DNA of 64,000 nt from an uncultured Lachnospiraceae bacterium (GTDB taxonomy: Bacteria > Bacillota > Clostridia > Oscillospirales > CAG-272). Where the stretch lies: contig CAZERM010000002.1 of the NCBI GenBank assembly GCA_964514555.1, positions 4,761 to 68,760 of the forward strand, read 5' to 3'. Below the pieces are notes generated by a model, which was given only the letters and a program-made list of their open reading frames with translations, made no database searches and was not told the DNA's origin. Positions 56,401 through 64,000 of this stretch are shown one piece after another; within the stretch, counting starts at the first letter, position 1, and each line of letters begins with the position of its first letter. Both the position numbers and the translations under genes were made by a program.

Positions 56401-58329
56401 TTCTTTTTCTGCACCGGAAGCGTCCATGATTGTGATTCTGTAGTAATCAGCGATATCACCGATTGTCTGAACCTTTGTAACAACACCTGTAAGTGTTGTG
56501 AAGCCTGCGCCTGCAGCATCCTTAAGATCTACCTGTGTATAGTAAGGAAGAACTGTGGATGTAGCGTTGTTCATGAGAAGCGCTGTAAGACCGTTGTTAG
56601 CTGTCTCCATCTTTGTAGCATCGAATGCTGCACCTGAGGGAACATTAGCAACTGTCTGGTCATACTGAGATTCACCAACACGAAGAGCCTTCATGTTGAA
56701 GAAGATTGTTGTTGTCTGTTTGTTTGTGTTGCTATCGTTGATGATAGAACCGTCATGAACGAACTTAACTGTTGTCTTGTTCTGTGTCATGATGTCGTAG
56801 ATACCGTTGCCGTCTGTATCAGCGAATGTGAACTTCATCTGACCTTCAGCAATGTTTACGATGCTGTTGTAAACTGTTGCGATGTCTGCAGCAGAACCTG
56901 TAGCATTACGAACAACGAGAACGTTGTCTGTGCTTGCAGCTACGCAGTTGTTAGCAACATATACTTTACCGTCTGCGCCTTCTGTAGCGAGAACGTATGT
57001 TGTGCCTTTGAATGTGATCTTGTAAACTGTTACGTTTGCATTAGCAGCATTCGTTCTTGTTTCTGTGCCTGCTTTTGTGATAGCGAGAGCAGATTCGCTG
57101 TAGTAAGAGGGAAGTACAGGTGTAAGGTTAACTTTCTGTTCGTTAGCATTTGTTGTGTACTTCATTGTGTTGTACTGGTGGTTGTATTTGTAACCGCCGT
57201 TTTTACCGCACCAACCGTACTTGTAAACGAGGAAGGAGTCAACGATTACTGTGTTTTCGGACTTGATGGAGTTGATCTTAGCAGCGGATGTGATAACACC
57301 GTTTACAACATCAGCAGCAGCGTTGCCGTTGTAGGAAACTTTAACAGCTGTACCAACTGTGAAATCTCTTACGGAAACGTAGCCGTTGTCAACGTTGGAG
57401 TTACCTACGTTGTCTGTTGTTCTCTTTGTTGTGATAACTTTGTTAGCTGTTGTCTTATCGAGTGTGATAGTAGCAACTGTGTTAGCAGCAACTTTGATTT
57501 CGATTGTGATGCTGGAAACTTCGTCGTAATTGCCTGCGTTCTGAACGTCTGTAACGATACCGTAGTAAGAACGGTTAACTGTTGTGCCGTTGATTGTAGA
57601 GAAACGATCGGAGATAGTACCGGAAACACCGTTTGCGCCCTTATCGTATTCGACAGCTGTTTTGCCGTTTACAGCAGCATTCCAGAGAAGGTATGCAGCT
57701 TCGCCGTATGTAAGCTTAGCACCGTCGGAGAAGTCGCCGCAGTTAAGTTTGTATGTATCGTCGATTACGTTTACATCTCTCTGCTGTGCCCACCAGATAT
57801 ATGCAGCATATTCTGTTGTGCCGAATGTATCTTTGAAGTTATTAGTATTTTCGATGTATGTGGAGGAGAAATAGTTGCTGCCCTGGTCGCCGAATCTGGA
57901 GAGAAGGCGGATAACAACTACTGCTGCCTGACCGAGGATAAGGTTGTCGTTAGGTCCGAACTGGTAGTCGGGGCCTTCGTTGTAACCTTTAACGATACCG
58001 TTTGCTGTAGCGTAAGCGATAGCATAGGGGTTGTCGTCAGCTGTAACGTCGTCGTAACGTGTGATTGCTTGCTGACCCCAGATATCACCGTCGATGTCCT
58101 GGGAAAGGATCTTAGCAACCCAAAGTGTGAATGTTTTTCTGTTGATGCCAGTGCCGTTCATAGCAGCTGTAACATCGTCCTCTGTGAGTACGCCCCAAGA
58201 CTGGAGATCGTAAACGGCGTCAGCAAACCATGCCTGAGAGCCGTTGGAGAGGGCAGAAACGCTTGCAAATGTGCCGAGCATCATTACGAGTGCAAGAACA
58301 AGTGCAAGACTTCTTTTGAAGTTTTTCAT
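53446..58329 (-). CDS. Giant SLH-domain cell-wall-anchored protein (candidate S-layer protein)
   Basis: 1627 aa counted from ATG 58329 (CAGGAGG SD). It has a signal peptide (LGTFASVSALS) and about three N-terminal SLH-like repeats (FADAVYDLQSWGVL.., YDDVTADDNPYAIAYATANGIVKGY.., AAYIWWAQQRDV..). The remainder is T/N/A/V/Y-rich and Cys-poor. Codon bias is strong. Confidence 0.85.
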   Translation of the reverse strand: MKNFKRSLALVLALVMMLGTFASVSALSNGSQAWFADAVYDLQSWGVLTEDDVTAAMNGTGINRKTFTLWVAKILSQDIDGDIWGQQAITRYDDVTADDNPYAIAYATANGIVKGYNEGPDYQFGPNDNLILGQAAVVVIRLLSRFGDQGSNYFSSTYIENTNNFKDTFGTTEYAAYIWWAQQRDVNVIDDTYKLNCGDFSDGAKLTYGEAAYLLWNAAVNGKTAVEYDKGANGVSGTISDRFSTINGTTVNRSYYGIVTDVQNAGNYDEVSSITIEIKVAANTVATITLDKTTANKVITTKRTTDNVGNSNVDNGYVSVRDFTVGTAVKVSYNGNAAADVVNGVITSAAKINSIKSENTVIVDSFLVYKYGWCGKNGGYKYNHQYNTMKYTTNANEQKVNLTPVLPSYYSESALAITKAGTETRTNAANANVTVYKITFKGTTYVLATEGADGKVYVANNCVAASTDNVLVVRNATGSAADIATVYNSIVNIAEGQMKFTFADTDGNGIYDIMTQNKTTVKFVHDGSIINDSNTNKQTTTIFFNMKALRVGESQYDQTVANVPSGAAFDATKMETANNGLTALLMNNATSTVLPYYTQVDLKDAAGAGFTTLTGVVTKVQTIGDIADYYRITIMDASGAEKELIIPAYNKLANNSTFNRTFTYTIGESSSSFTVNIYNWYQFLIDTYQNQYVNGDNANNFPATEANKPTSLLQKTVTVAYDSNNNVIIINGKDLTTSTDVKEGFVTKVEKASNDNEFKVTLAGTKAKDTATVLASLSLAYDWTTQLMANRLFAKGLLSGTEAENYAGYGVGYVASATNVLYVQVKNDGGNNYLISGTGSAWNNAVISGDITDRIFDAKTTYGTAYTNQTTTMVPTLENPEVTNYYNAYSAENYTWTVVAKEYKKDATTGALTDEVIKVAYEKAPANIYQVQYKQVSKLAVDYTKSYTLQPVMDGGVAATGATKVLAPFAVYKTEAGKENETIINPTYAEIYAYQTHKYYDANGNLDTTKGYGYFFNDANGYIGNLSNVTITRYYVDANNIVYTILDYKGIVYQTKADGTLVVTTEAMEEVAGSRTDVTAAAMNNQLAGITKSYITTTLPSNTVFSAHKKGEGYKYVPGWYRLEIKGAETLNVKEDTTVIIVTPDETIKASKTDLDYTYTETTVGALLAAKKELAVLSYQYVVDAATGYVKYIKVFGGTNTIGSNSEVINPGEGTTTPSYKVDDGKAIVYLPADSLTTSYIATGSDIYYVSSSMQAINITTGEKVGTLNYFYSTWNYAADYVNPSNGHTVTIPAGHFYLVDTTKNNAILQDLGAVFGEVTVNRLGVGPVDQYGFGRGVIQLPNGTNSWTNNEAHWIVKANKLTYKSSIMNETNYAIDSTKLATGTVLGQFGTMEITNVTPKSIIATVNGNANQDITNLNFKFVYFDYEGNTLNEATAQTVSHALPTTMYEVMFQSEKAGMPHDFNSSKGTFAAWCENNLSNSKNFYYYDWTKSDGIASIKKDIVNTGKLDLFYNMLAEYTPAGMLNLAVAKYNDLITSNATISEINKAFALVELCQKNYETACEAFKNNMNDIYWTADVQNSKLYQYKITQITSGVAESAIVYPEFTYYYDYATQTYTVFINSFITK

Positions 58330-58387
58330 ATATGCCTCCTGAAAAATTGTGGTGAGTCTTTCGACCCAATTTTTATTTTGTGTAATT

Positions 58388-58416
58388 ATAATACTACATT
58401 TCAAGTGATTTTGCAA
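58388..58416 (-). promoter_or_regulatory. Predicted promoter of the SLH protein gene (TTGCAA-N17-TATTAT)
   Basis: On the minus strand, the -35 is at 58416-58411 and the -10 at 58393-58388, about 55 nt upstream of the ATG. Confidence 0.5.
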
Positions 58417-58431
58417 GGGGTTTTTTGATTC

Positions 58432-58610
58432 TGTAACAAAACTGTAACATTACTCGAGTTTTGTTACAATTTCCCTTTGCATTTTGGTCATTTTGCGTCC
58501 ATCATCACTAATGGTATAATATAATATGGAAGAAGATTTGTAAGCTTTTGCGCCGTGAGCGCGGAAAAGCGGATGTTCCCTTCCCTGTTTTGTAACAAAT
58601 GAATGTTACA
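58432..58610. promoter_or_regulatory. Cluster of five TGTAACA/TGTTACA half-sites (two palindromic pairs) upstream of the SLH gene promoter
   Basis: Half-sites at 58432-38, 58443-49, 58462-68, 58591-97 and 58604-10. There are two inverted-repeat pairs: 58443-58468 with a 12-nt spacer containing CTCGAG, and 58591-58610 with a 6-nt spacer. Confidence 0.55.
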
Positions 58611-58614
58611 AATC

Positions 58615-58645
58615 AAAAAGCCTTTCCGAAAAAGAAAGGCTTTTT
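58615..58645 (-). terminator. Rho-independent terminator of rny
   Basis: Stem GCCTTTC/GAAAGGC flanked by AAAAA and TTTTT. Confidence 0.8.
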
Positions 58646-58659
58646 CGCTTTTGCAAGCG

Positions 58660-60207
58660 TTATTTTGCAAAGTCTACCGCGCGGCTTTCGCGGATAACAT
58701 TTACCTTGATCTGACCCGGGTATTCAAGCTCTGCTTCGATCTTCTTAACGATCTCGCGAGCAACGACGATCATCTGGTCATCGTTTACGTGTTCGGGTTT
58801 GACCATTATGCGGATCTCTCTGCCCGCCTGGATAGCATAAGATTTTTCAACACCGGGGAAGCTGTTGGAGATCTCTTCGAGCTTCTGCAAGCGTTTGATG
58901 TAATTGTCAAGGTCTTCTCTGCGTGCGCCGGGACGAGCCGCGGAGATAGCGTCTGCCGCCGCAACGAGTACCGCGATAACTGTCTGCGGTTCAACGTCGC
59001 CGTGGTGCGCTTCTATAGCGTGAACTATTTCTTTGTTTTCCTTGAACTTACGAGCGATCTCAACGCCTATCTGAACGTGAGAGCCTTCTACTTCTTGAGT
59101 AAGGGATTTACCTATATCATGGAGCAAGCCTGCGCGTTTTGCGAGCGTGCTGTCCATACCGAGCTCATTTGCGAGCATACCTGCGATATGTGCCACTTCG
59201 ATAGAGTGCATAAGCACGTTCTGACCGTAGCTGGTACGATATTTAAGTCTGCCCAAGAACTTGATGAGGTCGGGGTTAAGACCGTTTACGCCTGTTTCCA
59301 TAGCGGCTTCTTCACCTGCGCGTTTGATAGAAAGATCTACCTCGCGGCGAGATTTTTCAACAGTTTCTTCAATGCGCGTGGGGTGGATCCTACCGTCGGA
59401 GATAAGTTTTTCAAGTGTAAGTCTTGCAACCTCGCGGCGGATGGGGTCGAAGCAGGAAAGAGTGATGGCTTCAGGTGTATCATCTATAATAAGGTCAACG
59501 CCCGTGAGCGTTTCGATCTTATGGATGTTACGGCCTTCTCTACCGATGATCCTACCCTTCATTTCGTCGGAGGGGAGCGCTACGACGGAAACCGTCGTTT
59601 CGGATACTTGATCCGAAGCAAGGCGCTGTATTGCGAGCGAGATGATGTTTCTCGCTTTTTCCTCTGCATTGTCATGCAATTCGTTTTCGATCTGTTTAAG
59701 CTTTGCCGCCGCTTCGTGCTTTGCTTCGCCCTCTATCTGAGAAACAAGCTCTGCCTTTGCGGTTTCAGCCGTATAACCCGAGATCTCTTCGAGTTTTGCC
59801 TGAGCGTCAGATTTTTTCTGTTCCAACTCTTCGCGAAGAATATCGTTATCCTTAATCTTCTGCGCGAGCTGTTCTTCACGTCTTTCATAATTTTCGAGCT
59901 TTCTGTCAAGAGTCTCCTCTTTGGCGAGTGCTCGGTTTTCAAGTCTGATAACTTCCTGTCTGCGTTCCTTGTTTTCGCGGTCTGCTTCTGTTTTAGCTTT
60001 GAGGATATCCTCTTTTGCTTCAACGAGCATCTCTTTGCGTTTGGATTCAGCAGCGATAACAGCCTCGTCCATTATCTTCTGTGCGTGAGCCTCCGCGGAA
60101 GATATGGCAGCTTCAGCCGTTTTCTTTCTTATGGTGTAGCCAATAAGCACGCCAACGGCGAGCATTACAACTCCGACCATAACAGGAATCAAAATGTCCC
60201 ATATCAA
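58660..60207 (-). CDS. rny: Ribonuclease Y
   Basis: N-terminal TM helix, a coiled-coil region, a KH domain (GREGRNI) and an HD domain (LLHDIGK). The start is placed at TTG 60207, about 10 nt after AGGAGG, because the track's GTG at 60219 abuts the SD. Confidence 0.95.
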   Translation of the reverse strand: MIWDILIPVMVGVVMLAVGVLIGYTIRKKTAEAAISSAEAHAQKIMDEAVIAAESKRKEMLVEAKEDILKAKTEADRENKERRQEVIRLENRALAKEETLDRKLENYERREEQLAQKIKDNDILREELEQKKSDAQAKLEEISGYTAETAKAELVSQIEGEAKHEAAAKLKQIENELHDNAEEKARNIISLAIQRLASDQVSETTVSVVALPSDEMKGRIIGREGRNIHKIETLTGVDLIIDDTPEAITLSCFDPIRREVARLTLEKLISDGRIHPTRIEETVEKSRREVDLSIKRAGEEAAMETGVNGLNPDLIKFLGRLKYRTSYGQNVLMHSIEVAHIAGMLANELGMDSTLAKRAGLLHDIGKSLTQEVEGSHVQIGVEIARKFKENKEIVHAIEAHHGDVEPQTVIAVLVAAADAISAARPGARREDLDNYIKRLQKLEEISNSFPGVEKSYAIQAGREIRIMVKPEHVNDDQMIVVAREIVKKIEAELEYPGQIKVNVIRESRAVDFAK

Positions 60208-60630
60208 AGTTTTTGACACCTCCTTCGTCTTTTTCCTTTAACTATAAGAGTCATTTAGCCTTCAGCATAAAGGGGTTTTTCCCCTTATACTCTTAATATT
60301 ATAAATTATATGGATAAAGAAGTCAATAACAGTTTAGAAAATAATTTTTCCACTTTTGCGATTTTGTGTAAAGAGCATATTTAAGTTTTAAAAGCGCACC
60401 TTTTTGTGTTCGATTTCATACGAACACTTGTTTATATTATTTTTCGTTTGCGGCAGATTTGGCACGAACATTTATTCCGAATCGTCAAAATGTATATACC
60501 ATCAATAAATTCGCGCAAATGTTCCACGTGAAACAAAAAACAGAAAATCGGCAAAGATTGTTACATCTCTGCCGACTTCCTGTAAATGATTTTGAATATA
60601 CTTACGCGAGACAAACTCACGGAAGTTTGC

Positions 60631-61392
60631 TTAATTATGAGTGCTGAGTTTGCTTCTCGATTCTCTCATACCGTCAAGGATGATATCCTTTGCCTTTGCG
60701 GCATCTGCCTTCGAAAGCGCCTCAACGCCTTCCAGCGGATACGGTATGCCAAGCTCCTTATATTTCATAACGCCCATCGTGTGATAAGGCAAAACATCAA
60801 GAGCTTTTATTCCCGTCAAAGTACCGAGAAAAAGTCCAAGCTCGTGCAGGTATTTCGGATCGTCCGTTATACCGGGAACGACAACGTGTCTTATCCAAAG
60901 AGGTATCTTTTTGTCGGAAATATATTTTGCAAAAGCAAGTATGCCTTTGTTGTCCTGCTTCGTAAGTTCACGGTGATGTTCAGGATCGATATGTTTGATA
61001 TCGAGCATGATAAGATCTGTATATTTCATAAGCTCATCAAGCTTTTTGATATACTCCGTGTTATCGGGATTATAAGTAATGCCCGATGTATCGATGCAGG
61101 TGTGGATGTTGTTCTTCTTCGCCAAGCGAAAAAGATCAAGCATGAAATCGATCTGCAAAAGCGGTTCGCCTCCAGTAACGGTCAAGCCGCCTTTGGCGTA
61201 AAACTCGCTGTTTTTGTTATACTCAGCAATAATCTGTTCAGCGGACATCTTTGTGCCTTTGCCGACCTCCCAAGTATCGGGATTATGGCAATATTTGCAA
61301 CGCATGGGACAACCCTGGGTGAACACTACAAAGCGCACACCCGGGCCGTCAACCGTACCAAAGCTTTCCGTTGAGTGAATATAACCTTCCAT
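60631..61392 (-). CDS. pflA: Pyruvate formate-lyase activating enzyme (radical SAM)
   Basis: 253 aa. N-terminus ESFGTVDGPGVRFVVFTQGCPMRCKYCHN contains the CxxxCxxC cluster. Confidence 0.95.
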   Translation of the reverse strand: MEGYIHSTESFGTVDGPGVRFVVFTQGCPMRCKYCHNPDTWEVGKGTKMSAEQIIAEYNKNSEFYAKGGLTVTGGEPLLQIDFMLDLFRLAKKNNIHTCIDTSGITYNPDNTEYIKKLDELMKYTDLIMLDIKHIDPEHHRELTKQDNKGILAFAKYISDKKIPLWIRHVVVPGITDDPKYLHELGLFLGTLTGIKALDVLPYHTMGVMKYKELGIPYPLEGVEALSKADAAKAKDIILDGMRESRSKLSTHN

Positions 61393-61418
61393 AATAAGGT
61401 TCTATACTCAGATCTAAA

Positions 61419-61661
61419 TTAGATCTGGTCGTGGAACGTTCTGGAAATAACTTCGTCCTGCTGTTCTTTTGTGAGCTTGATGAAGTTTACAGCATAACCA
61501 CTAACTCTTACTGTGAGCTGAGGATATTTTTCGGGGTGCTGCTGAGCGTCCAAAAGTGTTTCTTTTGTGAAAACGTTTACGTTGAGGTGATGACCGCCTT
61601 TTTTAGCGTAGCCGTCAAGGAGAGCTACGAGGTTATCGATCTGGTTCTGTGTTGCTGCCAT
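61419..61661 (-). CDS. Stand-alone glycyl-radical domain protein (detached PFL C-terminus, GrcA-like)
   Basis: 80 aa with GGHHLNVNV...[33 protein letters not shown], which is the glycine-radical signature RVSGYA. It has its own AGGAGG SD (reverse complement of 61672-61677). Confidence 0.88.
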   Translation of the reverse strand: MAATQNQIDNLVALLDGYAKKGGHHLNVNVFTKETLLDAQQHPEKYPQLTVRVSGYAVNFIKLTKEQQDEVISRTFHDQI

Positions 61662-61714
61662 AGGAAATTTACCTCCTGATTTATTTTATAAATTAAATAA
61701 ATTAAAAATTAGAA

Positions 61715-63823
61715 TTAGTCGTTGCTTTTGTCATCGAGACCTTCGAAAAGTGTGGGTGTAGAGCAAGCGCCGTTACCGCAATCAAGGTCAACTTCGATAT
61801 CGCCAGCGAAGATCTGATCATCTTTACCGAGAGCGCCGGGGATGATGGAGAATGTGTTGGAGATACCGTCCTGTGCGTCGATGAAGGGAAGTTTAGAAAC
61901 GGAAGAGAGGGATGCAACTGCACCGTGTGTATCACGTCTGTGCATGGGGTTAGCACCGGGAGCGAAAGCTTCGCCTTTCTTTCTGCCGTCAGGTGTGGAA
62001 CCTGTGTTCTTACCATATACAACGTTAGATGTAATTGTAAGAATAGATGTTGTGGGGATACCACCTCTGTATGTGTGGTTCTTTCTGATGTGTTCCATGA
62101 ATGTGTGAACGATCTCACGTGCGATAGAGTCAACTCTGTCGTCGTCGTTACCGTATTTCGGGAAGTCGCCTTCTACTTCGTAGTCAACTACGATGCCTTC
62201 TTCGTTGCGGATAGTCTTAACCTTCGCATATTTGATAGCGGAGAGAGAGTCAGCAACAACGGAGAGACCTGCGATACCTGTTGCGAACCAACGAGTAACG
62301 TTCTTGTCATGGAGAGCCATCTGGATCTTTTCGTAGCAATATTTGTCATGCATGTAGTGGATGATGTTGAGCGCATTTACGTAAACGCCTGCGAGCCATT
62401 CCATCATCTGGTCGAACTTGTGCATAACTTCGTTGTAATCGAGGTATTCAGATGTGATAGGTGTGTATTCGGGACCAACCTGTTTGCCTGTGATTTCGTC
62501 TTTACCGCCGTTGATAGCGTAAAGCATACATTTAGCAAGGTTTGCACGAGCGCCGAAGAACTGCATTTCTTTACCAACTCTCATGGAAGATACGCAGCAA
62601 GCGATAGCGTAGTCATCGCCGTGTGTAAATCTCATAAGGTCGTCGTTTTCGTACTGGATAGAAGATGTTTCAATAGATGTCTTAGCGCAGAATCTCTTGA
62701 AGTTTTCGGGAAGCTTTGTGGACCAAAGAACTGTGAGGTTAGGTTCAGGAGCAGCACCGAGGTTTTCGAGTGTGTGCAAGTAACGGTAGGACATCTTTGT
62801 AACCATATGACGGCCGTCAACTGCAACACCACCGATGGATTCTGTTACCCACTGAGGGTCGCCGGAGAAGAGTGCGTTGTATTCAGGTGTACGAGCGAAT
62901 TTGATAAGACGGAGCTTCATGATGAAGTGGTCAACAAATTCCTGGATCTCTTTTTCTGTGTATTTGCCGTCTGCAAGGTCTCTTTCAGCGTAGATATCGA
63001 TAAATGTGGATGTACGGCCGAGAGACATAGCAGCACCGTTCTGTTCCTTAACTGCAGCGAGGTAGCCGAAGTAGAGCCACTGGATAGCTTCTTTTACGTC
63101 TGTTGCGGGTTTGGAGATATCAAAGCCATAGGAAGCAGCCATCTGTTTGAGCTGTTCAAGAGCGCGGATCTGTTCGGAGAGCTCTTCTCTCTGGCGGATA
63201 ACCTGAGAGTACATAGCTGTACGAGTTGTTTCCTTCTGTTCTTTCTTGTCTTCGATAAGTCTGTCTACACCGTAGAGAGCTACACGGCGGTAGTCGCCGA
63301 TGATACGGCCACGGCCGTAAGCGTCAGGAAGACCTGTGATGATATGGCTGGAACGGCAAGCGCGCATTTCAGGTGTGTAAGCATCGAATACGCCTGCGTT
63401 ATGTGTTTTTCTGTGTGTTTCGAAGAAATCTTTTACTTCGGGGTCGAGTGTATAGCCGTTGTCCGCGCAAGCTTTTTCTGCCATACGGATACCACCGTAT
63501 ACATGGAGAGCGCGTTTGAAAGGTTTATCTGTCTGGAAGCCAACAATTTTTTCGATGTCTTTGTTGAGGTAACCGGGACCGTGAGCAGTGATAGATGTTA
63601 CAACCTTTGTGTCCATATCAAGAACACCGCCTGCTTCTCTTTCCTGCTTTGTAAGGTCCATTACCTGCGCCCAAAGTGCAGTTGTAGCTTCTGTGGGACC
63701 TTCAAGGAAGCTTTCGTCGCCATCATAGGGATGATAGTTATGTCTGATAAAGCTTCTTACGTTGATTTCGTTTGTCCAGGTTCCGGGTTCGAAACCTCTC
63801 CAACCTTCGTACATTCTGTTCAT
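61715..63823 (-). CDS. pflB: Formate C-acetyltransferase (pyruvate formate-lyase) body lacking the glycyl-radical domain
   Basis: 702 aa that is PFL-like throughout and keeps the catalytic Cys-Cys ([10 protein letters not shown]). Homology ends after ...[11 protein letters not shown], followed by a 33-aa unrelated tail and a stop. Confidence 0.93.
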   Translation of the reverse strand: MNRMYEGWRGFEPGTWTNEINVRSFIRHNYHPYDGDESFLEGPTEATTALWAQVMDLTKQEREAGGVLDMDTKVVTSITAHGPGYLNKDIEKIVGFQTDKPFKRALHVYGGIRMAEKACADNGYTLDPEVKDFFETHRKTHNAGVFDAYTPEMRACRSSHIITGLPDAYGRGRIIGDYRRVALYGVDRLIEDKKEQKETTRTAMYSQVIRQREELSEQIRALEQLKQMAASYGFDISKPATDVKEAIQWLYFGYLAAVKEQNGAAMSLGRTSTFIDIYAERDLADGKYTEKEIQEFVDHFIMKLRLIKFARTPEYNALFSGDPQWVTESIGGVAVDGRHMVTKMSYRYLHTLENLGAAPEPNLTVLWSTKLPENFKRFCAKTSIETSSIQYENDDLMRFTHGDDYAIACCVSSMRVGKEMQFFGARANLAKCMLYAINGGKDEITGKQVGPEYTPITSEYLDYNEVMHKFDQMMEWLAGVYVNALNIIHYMHDKYCYEKIQMALHDKNVTRWFATGIAGLSVVADSLSAIKYAKVKTIRNEEGIVVDYEVEGDFPKYGNDDDRVDSIAREIVHTFMEHIRKNHTYRGGIPTTSILTITSNVVYGKNTGSTPDGRKKGEAFAPGANPMHRRDTHGAVASLSSVSKLPFIDAQDGISNTFSIIPGALGKDDQIFAGDIEVDLDCGNGACSTPTLFEGLDDKSND

Positions 63824-64000
63824 TGTCGTGTACTCCTTTTTTATTTGGATTTTAATTTAATAGGAATTAAATTCTTATTCGCAAATATTATAACGCATTT
63901 TCGATTATATTGCAATAGATTTTAGATATGAATTTTTCCTTTTTTGTTTTTGCAATATCATCGACGATAGCTTTGTTTCAAAAGTAATAATCATTATCAC

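Noticed and set aside
58488-58670. 60-aa minus-strand ORF between rny and the SLH gene.
   Set aside because: It overlaps the rny terminator hairpin and the TGTAACA operator palindrome. It has no SD and no recognisable sequence, so the region is more parsimoniously regulatory DNA.

Overview
This 64-kb chromosomal window comes from a moderate-GC Firmicute that looks Clostridia-like. The pointers are hisZ with a short hisG, RNase Y, YtvI and SpoIVFB-like sporulation membrane proteins, and an SLH-anchored wall protein. I call about 57 protein genes. I recognised no rRNA, tRNA, CRISPR, transposase, integrase, phage or known defence genes. All family names come from motif recall and reading the translations; no database search was run. 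Housekeeping left part (1-44.4 kb): AraC regulator, polA, two small lipoproteins, ytvI plus an M50 protease, ppiB, an M29 aminopeptidase, and a divergent ECF S-component / short MocR regulator pair. These are followed by an EF-G paralog, trmK-nif3-cls, a complete 10-gene his operon (hisZGDCBHAF-IE-K), pfkA, ogg, htrA, and the conserved block yicC-remA-gmk-rpoZ-priA-def-fmt-rsmB-rlmN-stp-prkC-rsgA. Accessory part (44.4-58.4 kb, between rsgA and rny): two paralogous esterases (one cytoplasmic, one fused to 2x LamG on a lipoprotein), mgtE, a lipoprotein, a polytopic membrane protein, a lone polyprenyl-phosphate sugar transferase, and a 1627-aa SLH-domain protein. Right end: rny, then pflA and a pyruvate formate-lyase that is split in two. 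Items most worth a second look: (1) PFL is encoded as a 702-aa body plus a separate 80-aa glycyl-radical module. (2) Two 243-bp hairpin-rich intergenic repeats lie 3' of both esterase genes, with indels that look structure-preserving. (3) A roughly 300-aa uncharacterised domain is shared by the SLH giant and the neighbouring lipoprotein. (4) Five TGTAACA/TGTTACA half-sites cluster upstream of the SLH gene. (5) The PrkC-type kinase has no PASTA domains but carries a 21-bp x 9-10 tandem coding repeat. I found no clear multi-gene novel system such as a defence or mobile system, and the candidates above are offered with that caveat.
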